Of a stretch of DNA of 64,000 nt, positions 41,197 through 54,600 are shown piece after piece. The position numbers and the translations under genes are program-made. The stretch lies in assembly GCA_000004985.1 (NCBI GenBank), contig GG738848.1; one strand, given 5' to 3'. Each line of letters opens with the position of its first letter. Positions within the stretch are counted from its first letter, which is position 1. Below the pieces are notes generated by a model. That model worked only from the letters and a program-made list of their open reading frames with translations, did no database searches and was not told the DNA's origin. This stretch comes from Naegleria gruberi. Lineage: Eukaryota.

Positions 41197-42429
41197 TTTG
41201 TTCTAGTCAAATAGAGAGTGAGTAGGTCAAGAGAGAGAGTGGAAATTCGGAAGTGATATATGACTCAATCACAAGCAGAGAGTGTTGTGGTTGGTGGTAG
41301 TTTAAATTGTACAAGCCTTGATTGGTTTTATAAAAATACAAAAGAGTTTTTTCAATAGACAGAGAATTTGATATGTGCTACTACTACTATTGAGTTGTAA
41401 AGTATACTGGCACTTGTCAAAATAGTGTTGAGTCTTTTTTTCTAGTTCGTGGGCTGGATAATGAGCTGCTGCTGAACCTCGAAACAACATCAACACAAAC
41501 ATTCGCATCACAAATAGGTGGGTTTCACTTCGATGGACGTTTGGTGTCTAAAAAGATCTTTGATGGGAAAGCGTTCACATTTTAAGAAGAACGTATCAAG
41601 CCTTATGATGGGTTATTGAGAGGACGTTTGTCAGATTAAGCAGTAGGTTTCGTTTGTGTGCAACAACAAGTGAAATCATTGCCTTTTGCTAATCAGCATG
41701 AAACTGTTAAACGAAAGAAGAGGCAATTACATTGTGTTGTATGTTGCAGTTTTACTTTCAGTTTGGTGAAGAGGGGTTGTGTATTGTAGCCTTTGATATT
41801 TACTTTGTCTTTGCATTCTTCGTTATTCGACCACTCTCTTCGTTTCCTTTCAAATGTAAAAAATCGCAAAGTGCATTTGCTATTCCAACTCATCAGACAA
41901 CCGATAAATATTCATTCAACATTTTATCATCATCAAGTTTGTGTTAATTTACAGTTATACAAATATGTTTGTTTTAATTCCATATTGCAAGCTGCATTTT
42001 CAACTAATAAGAAGACACAAAAAGCACAGAAAAATTGAGAGAATTGGCCGAGGTTGTGTTTTGGGCGTTTTTTAATGATGATCTGATTGCTTAGCAACTA
42101 GGTGTGAACACGCTCAGCGTGGAATGAAAAAAGTGAACGAAAATTTCGCTTAGTCACAATAGGTTGGCTCATGAGCCAAATTTATATTTATAGGACAAAG
42201 GTTCTACATCCTTATTTAAACAATAACACTTGTTGTTAAGGAGAAGAATCCCCCATGTAAGGTCGTGTATCTAACCACCGCCATATTTGATATTGCTGGT
42301 TTTTTATGATGCATTGTCCCTTAACAGCGCAGTGGGAAGGGTGTGCTTGCCAACTTTAAACCAGCCTTAAAAAACAACTCGAAAACAAACTTTCATCTCA
42401 TAATAACAACAACCTTCTAGAATAGTGCC

Positions 42430-45400
42430 ATGAATTCTAGAAACATCTACAGCAACAATGCAGGGTCGGTTGTTGGCTCAGATAGTTCTCAAGAATCACA
42501 CAATACTTCCAGCACAAATTCTTCATCATTTCAACACAAAATACGAGTGGAAGTCTTTAACTTTTTCTTTGCCTCACAGAATGTATCTAAAAAGCAAGGA
42601 GGTAAACGATTTTTTGCAATCCTATTATTGTACATACTAATTTATTGGAGTTATATATGGCTTCCTGTATTAAGCCCACAAGATTTTCACTTTGGTGCTT
42701 GGGGTTCATGGATATTTTCAGTATTTAACTATACAACAAGTTTATCAATGGATTTACTTCCGTATGAAGGAGCAATTGCTGTGGCTAGTATAACCATGAC
42801 TTTTATTGCAATAACCGTTTGTATTACTATTATTACTCTGTGGGCTGTAAAGTCTACTTCTCAATACATTAAGAAGATTCAAATGATTCTTCACATCAAT
42901 GCCTACTTAATAATAGTACTCTCTGCTCCTATAATATTTATTTTGACTAGTTTTGTGGATTGTGATTATGGATACAACCCAAGAGAATCATTGATAAATT
43001 TTGTATCTCACCATGCTAATGGTACTTCAATAAGTTCAACAGCAACTCTCACACCCATGCTCAACAGATTTACAAGCATGGAATGTTATTCAACAAATAA
43101 CATCATCTTGATGGCTGTCACCCTCTCATTCATTGCCTTATATTTTGTATTGTGTGTATTGGCCAACTTTTTGGTACCAAATTCACATCCATTAAGCTTT
43201 GCCCCAATGATAACGGAGGGTTACATCTTTCCTATTGGTATGAGTTTGGGAAATTGCATTGGAATTTTGGTACATTTCCTCATACCAGCAGAGTATGCTT
43301 TTGTGAGGTCTATTGTACATTTAGTATATGGCATGTGCATGCTTGTTGTTATTATGAAGAGTTTGCCAATGTATAGAAGATATGAAAACACAATTGTATG
43401 TGGAGTGGTATGCGCAAGATTTGGCACATCAATAGGAAGTATCATTTCCTTTTTTGTAAATGCATCGAACACTGCTGAAATTGGTATTGGAATGTGGGCT
43501 TTAACAACAGGACTGGCTGTTGGATTGGGTTTAGTGGGAGCTGTATCTATGGATATTTATACTCGTTACGTAATTTACTTTATCAAAACTAGATATATCT
43601 TATCAGTAAGATCATCTGATAGATCACTTGAAAAGGAAGCAACAAATATTTATTTCAAATTGGAAGAGGATGGAACCATGTACAAAATGATGTTATATAT
43701 GAGATTTGTTTTAATGAGATATGCTAGAACAAAGACAGAGGAATTAGAAGACAAGTACGACTTGGTTGCATTGATTTCATTCATTAGAGGAATAAGCTCT
43801 CAAAAGTGCTTCAGCGATATTGAACTGTTATCTATGGCTGGAACACTTGTTGGTTATCTGATGGTTGATGAAATGCACTCTTCATATTTTGCTCAAGCTT
43901 TGCTAAAGAGGGCTCTTAAACAGCGACCAGATGTCTATAAAAGATTCCTCATTCATCAAAGATTAAGGGAAGTAGAATTAACAGGTGCTGATGATGTTAA
44001 GGGAAGTAGAACCGTGCTTGAGTTGAAATCTATAATGCTCAATATTCAAAAATATATTACTGAACTCACTTCGTTACATCGTCACTTCTGGAAGGAATTG
44101 ATGCAGGAAATTGTGAACTATGAAAAGGCAGAAAATATAGTTGCAAGATGCTCTGTTATCAACCATGAATTAGATTCCATGTTCGACAACATTTTATCAC
44201 TGTACTATAATGACAAAACTGTACTGAGAACTTATGCCAGCTATTTAGAAAATTTCAAATTCAACAAAGAGCTTGCCAATGAATATTACACAGAAGCATC
44301 AAGTTTGGAAGAAGAAGAATCAAGGATTCCTCTCGCTCAAAAAGGTAATAGAAGGACAAAGAACAAGGTATTCCCAGATGTTCAGGAAAGTGTGGACATA
44401 TCTAAAAAGCTAGGCCCAAAAGGTTTGGCCGTTGGTAGAAGTGTTGCATTTGAAAATTTGGAAACAGCAAGTTACTTGTCTAGCAATATGGATTTTAATG
44501 GGGTTGAGAATGCTAATGCTGATACAAAGAGAGAAATTGGGTTTAGAAATGCCCTTTCTCTTCCTGATTCACACACCATTCACATTATTACTTTCGTTTT
44601 CTTTATTGTATTTGCTTTCATATTATTAGTTGTTGGTTTGGTTATTGGCTTACAATTCTCCAAAGGTGTAACAATGAATGTTGTTAATGTAATTGAAGCT
44701 TGCTCTCCAATATGCGCCTTGAGCAATGTTTTACAATCTGTTCGAGCATTCCAAATGCATTCAATGTTCAACTCTACCCTTGGCTCTTCCAATATTCCAT
44801 TAACTTTAACATCAGAGTCCTACATTGATTTGGCAAATACTAAGATTTTAGTTTCCAAATTCAAAGATATTCTTGTAAATCTGCAACAAAAAGCCTACAA
44901 TGCCAAGTTCGATGGAACTGTTTATTCAAATTATCATGAGGTTTACAGTGAAATTTACATGCCAAACATTGGTGATGATTCAAAATTTTATAACCACACT
45001 ACAAAGATCAATGTGACAGTGACAGATGTAACCAATACCCTTATTAAGATTTCTGATCAAATTATCAATTCAAAGGAAAATGATATAACTAAAACACTGA
45101 ACAGTTATGGATTCATGTTCCTTTACATCAATCATGAATCAATTACAGACATATATGACAAATTTTGTAATATCTTTACTGATTCTGCCAAGACTGAGGC
45201 CCTAGCAATCAACAATATCTTCACGATATATATTTCTGTGTCTCTGGCCACGTTTATATTGTGTGGAGCACTTTACATGATATTCTCAAGAAAGGAATTG
45301 ACAGTTGTTAGGGAGCAAATCAAACTCATTCAACATAATGTTTCCAAGAATGAAATTGGTAAATTATTCCATGATTTGGGTAAAAAAGTTGGTGACGAGG

Positions 45401-47695
45401 TTTCAATTCACATATCTAGAAATTCTCTATTCAAACCAAAGAATGCATTCTTGATCGTTTCTGCCTTTTTAATTATTATTGTTTCAGTGAGTTGTGGAAT
45501 TTACCTTGACCAAACTTTGGGTAATTCAACATACAGTTTTGAATCATACATTACAATGGAGGATGGTTTCGATACAATGACTCACTTGCAGTATGTTTCC
45601 TTTATTGGAACAGAGTATTTTTCACATGTAACAACAAGTATTGTCGGTTCTGAAACGTTACAGCTACTTGATGATGATGAAGTAGAAGCAATGGAGGACA
45701 AATTGTCTTATCTTACAAAGCAATTGAGATATTTTTGGAATCTGTGTATGTATGGTTCTTCAGTTAAGGCATATGAAACTCTTGTGGTTGGTATGTTCCC
45801 AGAGACTGATCAAATGATTAGAGGTTCTGTGAATTGTACTGTTGAAAAGTTGTCTGAAACCTATATTGCTGGAGGTAACAATTCCACAACATGTGAAATG
45901 GGCATTGACTATATGGTACAAGATACCATTCTAATGATTTACAAAATGGTTCAAGATTTGGAAGGTGTTCATCATTCCAAGGGTAAAACATCAATATCCA
46001 CTCTGATTGATTTATTGAATGATTATTTTAAAATCAATTATATGACCAAGACCATTTCCTTAAAGTTAATTGAATTTTCCAACATTTTTGCTGTCAAGTC
46101 ATCAACTCCTCTATTGAACAACATGATTGGTCTGGCAGTGGTTGGATTTGCAAGTAACATAATTTGTGCCATATTAATGTTCCTCTTGTTGAATAATCAT
46201 AGAAGAAGTGCATTTGCAATGAGAGGTTTATTCAACTATCTTTCCATTGATACATTGGAGAATAATGAGAAATTGAGAAACTATGCTCTATACCATACTC
46301 TTGGAGACAATGTACTTTCTAAGCTCAAGACAAAGAAACAAACTCAAAACGGAGAAGATGCTAAAGTCAGATCCATTTTGAATGCTGCTGTTGATGGTGT
46401 TGTACTTTGCTCTAGCTCTGCAAGTATTGATATTTTCAATCCAGCAGCTCAGAGAATGTTTGGTAATCAACAAGAAGATGTTATTGGCAAATACATTTTC
46501 ACTCTATTTGCACCACAGCATCATGGAGAAATTAGAAAATCAATTGAGGGAATGAAACATACTGTATCAGCCAATGATTCAAAGGGAGAAACCTTTGAAA
46601 TTGAATGTATAAGAAAGAATAATACTACATTCCCAGCTACGGTCAATATTTTCGTAACAATTTTCGACAAGAAACCAATCATTACTTGTTTTATCAAGGA
46701 TATTACTTCAGAGAAGAAGGTATGTATTTAATCAAGTAGTTATTTTAATTTACTTTTTACAATAATAGCACAATTCATTACTTGCTGAGGAAAAGAAGAA
46801 TTCAGAGACCTTATTGTTGAATATTTTGCCTGGAGCTGTTGCTTCGAAACTTAAATCTGGAGCATCTCTTATTGCAGAAAGATTCCCAGATGTAACTTGT
46901 TTCTTCTCAGACATGGTTGGATTTACATCACTCTCTTCCAAGTTGACTCCCAATGATCTAGTCCAAATGCTTAATAGTATTGTTATGGGATTTGATGATT
47001 TGATGGATAAATATCACTTGGAAAAGATTAAGACTATTGGTGATGCTTACTTTGCAGCAGGTGGTTTGCATGATTTGAATGCTCAATCTGATCACCCGGA
47101 AAGAGTTTTGAGATTTGCTATTGATACCTTCTCTGTCATTAGAGCCTACAATTCTGAGCATAGAAAGGGAAGAGTAAATGAACAAATCAATATTAGAATT
47201 GGTATAAATACTGGACCAGTTGTAGCAGGTGTTATTGGTCGTAAGAAGTTTGCCTACGATTTATGGGGTGATTCAATTAATACAGCCTCAAGAATGGAAT
47301 CTAACAGCAAGCCTGGAAGAATTCAAATTTCACGTTCGACCTATGAGAGAGTTCACGATTTGGGATTCACCTTTGAAGAAAGAAAGATTGAAGTGAAAGG
47401 AAAAGGTTTAACTCAAACTTACTTACTAGATGCCAAACATCATCAATCTGCTGTACTAACAGAGGAGGAGCTTACTGTAACTATAACAACCAATCAAGAT
47501 CACTATCAAGATGCTGATATTGAGCTAGAAGAAAATGAGGAGAGTTACCTCGAATTGGAAAAAACACATTTAGAAAAACCAAGTTTGCCTGTTGGTCAAT
47601 CAATGACATTTGGAAGTGTCAGTGAAATGAGTGATGAGCCTAATCCAAAAACTATTCCAACGATTCCAACAATCACAACAACAGAATTTGAATAA
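42430..47695 (+). CDS. Large polytopic membrane protein with C-terminal PAS domain and class III nucleotidyl cyclase catalytic domain, about 1738 aa; join(42430..46719,46769..47695)
   Basis: ATG at 42430. There are at least 10 predicted TM helices in several clusters. The PAS-like block is ILNAAVDGVVLCSSSASIDIFNPAAQRMFGNQQEDVIGKYIFTLF. A 49-nt intron runs AAG|GTATGT...AATAATAG. The cyclase motifs are LLLNILPGAVASKL, DVTCFFSDMVGFTSLSS and IKTIGDAYFAAGGL. Confidence 0.8.
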
Positions 47696-47704
47696 ATATT
47701 AGGT

Positions 47705-48916
47705 TTATCTTCTTCTTGTATTTGCATTGGTAGGAGCAGTATTTGGTTGACGAGGAAGTTGAGGTGGTGTTGGAGTAGGTCCTACAACCTCTTCTTCTTC
47801 CTCTGATTCATCATCAACACCATGCATGTTTCTAAATTCTGTATGAGTTGCCTTGTCGACTGTTGAACCAGTCACTTCCGTCAAAAAGTTCAGTATTTGA
47901 TCCATATCTAACAACTCCTTTCTTAGCCTAGATCCATGTTGATAAATGTACAAGGGAGTTGCACTTTCCTTTGTTTTCATACCTAGTTCATCCTTATTCT
48001 TTTCAATATAAAATTGTTTTTCAAATTGTTGGATAAGTTTTTCAGGTAATCCAAACACAGAGTGATAATGTCCTTTTTCAATTCCAAGTTTTAACAGTAA
48101 TTTCCACATTTCCTCTTCATCCAAACGATTCTTTCTTATTTGAATAAGACAGACAATTACCATCAATAATCCTATTTGTGACTGTTCAAGTCCCTCCAAA
48201 CTAAATTCACGTCTCTTACGTTGAATACTGTTCGAACTTGCTTGTTTCTTTTCCTTTTTAGACAGGTCTAATAGTGGCAAACCATCAAGGTCTGCTGGTA
48301 ATAATCGAAGAATATATATTCCTGAAGACTTTTTCTTTTGTTTTTGAGTTTGTGTAGCTTGGGTTGACTTGGTGTTAACATCAGCATTTGTGTCATGCCT
48401 ATCTATTTCAACTAATTCAAATCCAAATATTTTGATGAATCTTTGTGAGGCTTTTCCGAGTAAATTATCGAGCAACCCCTTTCTCCCCTTGTATTTTTCA
48501 CCAAGAACCGTTGCATTCAAATCTTCTTTTTTAATTGGTAATTTGTTTGCATCTTTGAACAAACAAAATCTCATCAGACTTCCAATTAAATGTTCCTCTT
48601 CCTGTTCTAATAAATTAAAATTGGGAGGCTCTTGTGTTGCTTTTGGTTTTTTAGCTCGTGGATTACTTTGTGTGGTTTTTCTCTTCCTATTATTTGATGG
48701 TACAACTTCAGCCTCTTCTTCCGAGTCATATGAATCATCTTCCTGTTGTTGTGACGCAAAACGTTGTGATGATTGCGATTGTGATGGTGGTATTACTTTT
48801 CTCTTAGGTGCCTACAATACATTGATCATCATTCCAAATAACAAATCATCAAAAAATTCGTATGTGAGTTTGCAAATTAATTTGAAAACGTTTTCTCAAA
48901 ACAAATAACGTACCAT
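47705..48916 (-). CDS. NSE3/MAGE-homology-domain protein (SMC5/6 non-SMC element 3-like), about 369 aa; join(48916..48914,48811..47705)
   Basis: Exon 1 is the ATG alone, followed by GTACGT. A 102-nt intron ends at TGTATTGTAG(48812). The spliced protein starts MAPKRKVIPPSQ. MAGE-type blocks are PIKKEDLNATVL, IKIFGFELVEI, IGLLMVIVCLIQIRKNRLDEEEMWKLLLKLGI, GLPEKLIQQFEKQFYIE and LYIYQHGSRLRKEL. Confidence 0.6.
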
Positions 48917-48986
48917 TTTTTTCCCAATTATTTTTAGAAATATTTTTGGAGGCAAATCAATTTTAAATTTTATTATTTTAAAAAAA
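48917..48986. promoter_or_regulatory. 70-bp head-to-head spacer between the NSE3 (-) and peptidyl-tRNA hydrolase (+) start codons
   Basis: The start codons are at 48916 (minus) and 48987 (plus). The spacer is A/T-rich. Confidence 0.45.
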
Positions 48987-49799
48987 ATGGCAAGCAATGT
49001 GCAAAAGCGTTTGGTTTTGATTGGCTTGGGAAATCCTGGTGATAAGTACAAGCTCACCCGACACAATATTGGTTGGATGATTGTTAATGAATTCATCAAG
49101 GAATATTCATTTCCGGCTTTGAGAGAATCTAACAATGATGCCATGTTGTCGCAGAGGGAAAATGTTTCGTTTTGGACACCTTCGGAATTGAGAAGAAGTT
49201 TTGTTGAGAAAGAAATTCAACGTTTGAGGAGTAAATGGTATCATGAAAAGAAGAGGGAATTAGGAGCTAATTTTGATGAAAATAATATTCAATATCCAAA
49301 CTTTGGAAATGCTGACATTGGTATGAAACAATTGGAGGATCGTGTGAAAAATATTATTGCTTATCCTACATTGGATGTTCACTGCATGTTACCATTATCT
49401 TTTATGAATTTGAGTGGTGGACCTGTCAAGAAATATTTGGATATGAATGGAATGAAAATTAATCAATTGGAGGATGTGAATAGAATTTTGGTTATTACCG
49501 ATGATGTTTCACAACCATTTGGAACATTTAAATTAAAAGCTAAGGGAACACATGGAGGACATAATGGACTCAGGGATATTGAAGCCAAGCTTGGAACTGA
49601 TAAATATCACAGACTTAAAGTTGGTATTGCTCCACTCAAAAATCCAGATATGGCCAAACAAGCAGGTCAAGATTTGGCCAGTTTTGTCTTGGGCAATTTC
49701 ACTCATGAAGAACAAAAAGACTTGCCAAAAGTCGTCTCTAGGGGTGTTGAAATTTTGAAAGACTACATTTCATTTGACTTCAAGTATGTCAAGACGTAA
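48987..49799 (+). CDS. pth: Peptidyl-tRNA hydrolase, bacterial/organellar PTH1 type, with ~75-aa internal insertion; 270 aa
   Basis: ATG at 48987. PTH1 blocks LVLIGLGNPGDKYKLTRHNIGWMIVNEF, DDVSQPFGTFKLKAKGTHGGHNGLRDI and KVGIAP are present. The insertion lies between the first two blocks. Confidence 0.75.
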   Translation: MASNVQKRLVLIGLGNPGDKYKLTRHNIGWMIVNEFIKEYSFPALRESNNDAMLSQRENVSFWTPSELRRSFVEKEIQRLRSKWYHEKKRELGANFDENNIQYPNFGNADIGMKQLEDRVKNIIAYPTLDVHCMLPLSFMNLSGGPVKKYLDMNGMKINQLEDVNRILVITDDVSQPFGTFKLKAKGTHGGHNGLRDIEAKLGTDKYHRLKVGIAPLKNPDMAKQAGQDLASFVLGNFTHEEQKDLPKVVSRGVEILKDYISFDFKYVKT

Positions 49800-49843
49800 T
49801 TGAGTATCATTGTAAGCAAACTTCAACTTTCCACAATAAAAAA

Positions 49844-51288
49844 ATGCCTCCACGAAAAGCTTCCACACCTACATCAGCAGAGAAGAGAAAACGAGAAAAA
49901 CTCTCTTCGGGATTGAATTTGTCAGAGGAAGAAGCGAAAATGCTTGATCTTGCCATATCGGGTGGTATTAGCAACACATCACCATCTGGTAATCCAGTTA
50001 CACCAACAAAAAAGAGAAAATCAGAATCAACTAGCGAAAGAGCCTTGTTGGAAAGAAAGATGGTAGAGACTGCCAATGAATTAACCTCTCCAACAGCTTT
50101 ATCTTCTCCATCTTCTTCGGAGAAACGAGTTTTCAAAACCCCAACCCGATTGAACAAAAAAGTTGAGACTCCCTCCAGTAGTACTTCATCTAGTAGCACC
50201 ACCACTGCTTCTGCAAAATCTTCTCCAAAATCTTCTCCTCGTACTACACCAACTAAAACAACAACTCCAACAAGAACCACTTCAACTCCAACCACTCCAT
50301 CATTTAGTAGTGATGGATTTTATAGTGAGGAGCAAACTAGAGGTGGTGAGGATACAAATCAATTGAATGCTGTAGCACTGTTTGTGGAAAATGCTGCAGA
50401 TTTTCAATTTTCAGATACTCATGTAGCTTTTTTAAAGCTCAGACAGGAAATTCAAAACTCAATTCTGAGTTGTAAACATTTGATGAAATTTATTTTTCCT
50501 CCAATAATTTTAAAGCATTTACTTTACAATGAAAATGTAATTAGTGGACAAACACCAACTCAAATAGAACAAACTATTAATCAAATGATTGATACAAATG
50601 AAATAAGAAAATTCTACATTGACAGAAGTATTTACAGAGATATATTTGGATTTGTTTTTATGGAGGATTATATTAAAACTATGTGGATTCAACACGAGGT
50701 AAGTTAGTGGTAGTAGTTCAGCAGAAAATATTAAACCATTTAACCAAGACCTATATTAATAATTTAGAAAATACTTTGAACGAAGAGGATAAATCAAGAT
50801 TACCAGTATTTCAGGAGGAAAGAAAGAAAGAAATTAAAAAATTGCTCAGTGCTTCTAGAATTAATGAACTGAAAGATATTGTCAAGAAATTCTGTGAGCT
50901 TGTATTACCAATGATAAAAGAACCTTTCATTGAGAAGAGAGATTTAATCGATTTACTTTTCGAAGAAAATGATTCAAAGCAAATCACTCATGATGAAGCC
51001 ATAACACACCTCATGTCACTAGGTGCCCTAACTATAAGAGATATTGAAAGTTTCTTCTTCTCCATACCAAACCTCTCTCAATTCATGTATTATCTACACA
51101 ATGGAAGAAAAGAAATATTGAATGTATTGAGGAGAAAGCAATTCAAAGAAATAATGGTAAACACCTTGCTTCAAAAAAATATTAGAAATACCATCTTCAA
51201 TCCAATGTTTCACATAAGGGATATGATTGGGGACGGAGATGTCACCGTAATCGACATCAATGGACAAGCTATGCTAAGGCTAAAATAG
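49844..51288 (+). CDS. Hypothetical nuclear protein: Ser/Thr/Pro-rich basic N-terminus with KRK motifs, conserved-looking C-terminal ~300 aa; probable join(49844..50698,50749..51288)
   Basis: ATG at 49844. The donor is GAG|GTAAGT at 50698/50699. The acceptor is ambiguous: CCAAG at 50748 gives a 50-nt intron, while CAG at 50724 would give a 26-nt one. There is no recognisable domain. Confidence 0.4.
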
Positions 51289-51650
51289 GGAAGCATTTTT
51301 GTTACAAATTTAGCCAACATTTACAAACTGGATGGAAATAATGTATTTATTTTAGTAACTTGGCAAATTAGTACCAAGTAACTACAGGTTGTTTTGGTAC
51401 TAATTCCTCAGTTCATACACTAATTAACCTGAGTGATTAAGATTCCACCAAATTACTGCTAGATATCGAATTAGGGCAAAGCGTACCCCTTGGTTGTCTT
51501 TCTGGTTGAAGGATTCTCCGTGTCTAACGATCATGAAGAAATAGTTTACTATTTTGAATAGAGAAATACTACAAAAAAAAACCGATCATATCTAGATATC
51601 ACACAACCACGGGTGAAAATTAGCTTCTAATCTATTTTTTTCACCAACAC

Positions 51651-54600
51651 ATGCCTTCGCCATCTCTTCTTGATAATCCTTTTCAAGCTGTGCAAAGCAC
51701 ATCTGCTTTGTACACAATCAATATTAGATCTTTCTTTCTTCAAAAGAGAGATCGAATTGTTTTCTTGTCAGTTGTGATCATACTACTAACTCTTATACTT
51801 CCGCTATATCATGATATTTATTATGAGAATAGTTTACTTTCAAATACAATATTTTGCACAAATAATTTAAATAATGAGAGGTCAAATCAAATATTTTCGA
51901 CTGATGAATGGTCTGATAGCATGCACTGCAATTCTTATGTTGCAAACCATCCATTCATCAAGAATTGTCAATTCTCTGACTATTTTCCTCAATTTTTAAG
52001 AAGCATTCCAAAGATTTATATAATTTTTGCTGAATACGCGATCAAATTTATAATTTACATGTTTCTGTTGATGATATATTGGAGATTTCATAATGTAATG
52101 AACAAGCTCTTCAAGTTTTTATTACTTAATGAAACAATAGAAATGGAAAATGAGGCAAGGCAGCAAAGAACCTCAGGGGAATCACATCATGTGTACCTGC
52201 TGTGTTCTGAAGTTTCTAGATGTTTGTGTTCATCAATTTGGATAATGAGTGTACAAATGGTGTTGGGAAGAAATGCTCCAGCTTTTTTATGGATTTTAGT
52301 ATATAGTTGTCTTGGTTCGGTTGCTCTAGAAATGAGTAAGAAGCCAAGTATCGATTCCAAACAACAAACACATGTGACGCCTCCACCTGAACGTTTGCCC
52401 ATGTACAGAAAAATATTTAACTTTTTAAGGAAACTAATAATAGGCACACATGCGACAACATACGTTACTATTACAGTAATGGTGATATGTGAGCTCTTTG
52501 TAATGATTTACTATTTGAAATATTCAGCTTCATTTTGCTCATGCGTTGTAGTTTCTATTCTTATTGTACAAGTAATGACTATTGAATTGATAGATTTTAT
52601 GAGAAATCACTCTATTGAGTTTGTACAACAACGAGAGATGCAAAGTATGAAAAAAGTAGCCAATTTATATAAGAATCTATACATGACAGCACCTGACACA
52701 TTTCTCTCATGTGTATGCGATAGTGATGATGTATTAGTAAGACCATCCGATACAAAGGTGGAATCAGCATACTTGTTTCTTCAGTCATTCAAGATTGTCC
52801 AATACAACAACACAGCAATAGATACACTTTCATGTGCTTCCTCACTCTCCATTAATCCTGATAATTATTATAATCATTCAGATCATGAAGTGACTCTTGG
52901 TGATGTGATTATTAATCCTTACAAAGAATCTGATGAGGTAATGAGAACAGCAGCACTTGGAGGAAATTTACTCAGTGTCAGCGATTTACAAAACTCTGCT
53001 GTGTTGAAGCTTGGTGAAGTGTTGCAGGATGTTATTCAATCACCTTTTGACCAAACATCTAAGCAAACACCAACTCACGAGAGAATCCTCCCCTTGTTTG
53101 TTAAAGGAAAAAATCAAACAATACTAACATGCTCTTTGAGTATATCAAAGATTTTGCTCTATGATATCGACTCTGCAGGTGAGGGAATGGTCTTTTTTAA
53201 TATCATTCTTCACGACATTACTCAAAAATACAAACTATTGGATGAAATCAATGTAGAAAAGGAGAAAGCTATTGAGGCCAACAAAGCAAAGAGTCAATTT
53301 TTAGCACAAATGTCGCACGAATTGCGAACTCCTCTTCATGGTATTATTGGCCTTACTGATGTGTTGCTATCAAAATGTAAAGAAGAAACAGAAAATGAGA
53401 AAAACTTGGACACGTTTGATAAGGCTGTAAATCTCAATAATATTTGCAAGGATAGCGCCACTATTGCATTTGTGGAAAGTGAAAAATCTCACTCACCAGT
53501 ATTGGAACAACAAACGAACATTATTCAGACAATAAGGTATAGTGGTAACATTTTACTAGGCCTTATTAATGACTTATTGGATATTTGCAAGATTGAATCC
53601 TCGAAAATCAAGTTGGAAAATAAGAAGTTCAATTTGAGACGTGCTATTGACCAAATTCATTGTGGAATGTTTCAATTACAAGCTAGAGAAAAATCATTAG
53701 AGTTCAATTTACAGCTCGGTGAGAATGTTCCAACTTTTATAGTTGGCGACGAGTATCGTCTTGTTCAAATCCTTATCAACCTGGTATACAATGCCATTAA
53801 ATTCACCGATATGGGATCAGTTTCTCTCATTATTGAGTCAAAACCACCATCTGAAGACAACGTTTATGAGCTTACATTTAAGGTAACTGATACTGGAATC
53901 GGAATTTCGCAACATGATTTGAAGAGATTGTTTCAACCCTTCTCTCAAATATTGAGCACTTCACACAAGCAGACCAAGATTAATGAAGGTACTGGCTTGG
54001 GTCTTTACATTTGCAAACAACTTGTCGAAATGATGAGAGGTACCTTGTGTGTTGATAGTGAGGAAGGCGTGGGAAGCACTTTCTGGTTTACCATTAAATT
54101 CCATGGTGAGTTTATTCCTGGCTTTGAAGAAACAACCCGCTCCAAGATACTTTCTAAGAATGTATCGTCTAAATCACTGCTATCCCTAGAAAATTGCAAG
54201 AAAAATGAGCTAACAACAGTTAGAACACCAACTATTGAGGATTTTGAATCAAGTTTACCAAAATTGAAAATTCTAATAGTTGAGGATAATGCAATCAATA
54301 GAATTGTTTTGATTAATATGTTGAAGAAAATTGGTTGTACAAATATTGCAGTGGCTCAAGATGGTTTGGAGGGTGTTCAACAATTTGAAGAATTTAAAAA
54401 GACCAATCAACTTTTTGATATAATTTTTGTTGACATTTTCATGCCTAGATTGGATGGTTATGGAACTGTAAGAAGAATACTGGAACTAGAATCCAACGAT
54501 CCTTCCGATCATCACTCGATTCTAGTAGCCCTGACAGCAAATGGGTTTGAGGAAACCAGAAATTATTGTCTAGAGCATGGATTTGATGTGTTTATGAGCA

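Noticed and set aside
42146-42170. Shared 16-mer ttcgcttagtc[a/g]caa upstream of both the PAS-cyclase (42146) and the P450 (54822)
   Set aside because: A single 15/16 match between two positions in 64 kb is within chance expectation, so I am not calling it a motif without genome-wide enrichment.
50699-50724. 26-nt intron (GTAAGT...CAG) in the 49844 gene
   Set aside because: It is shorter than every other intron resolved in this window (40 nt or more). I prefer the 50-nt alternative that ends at 50748, but this remains unresolved.
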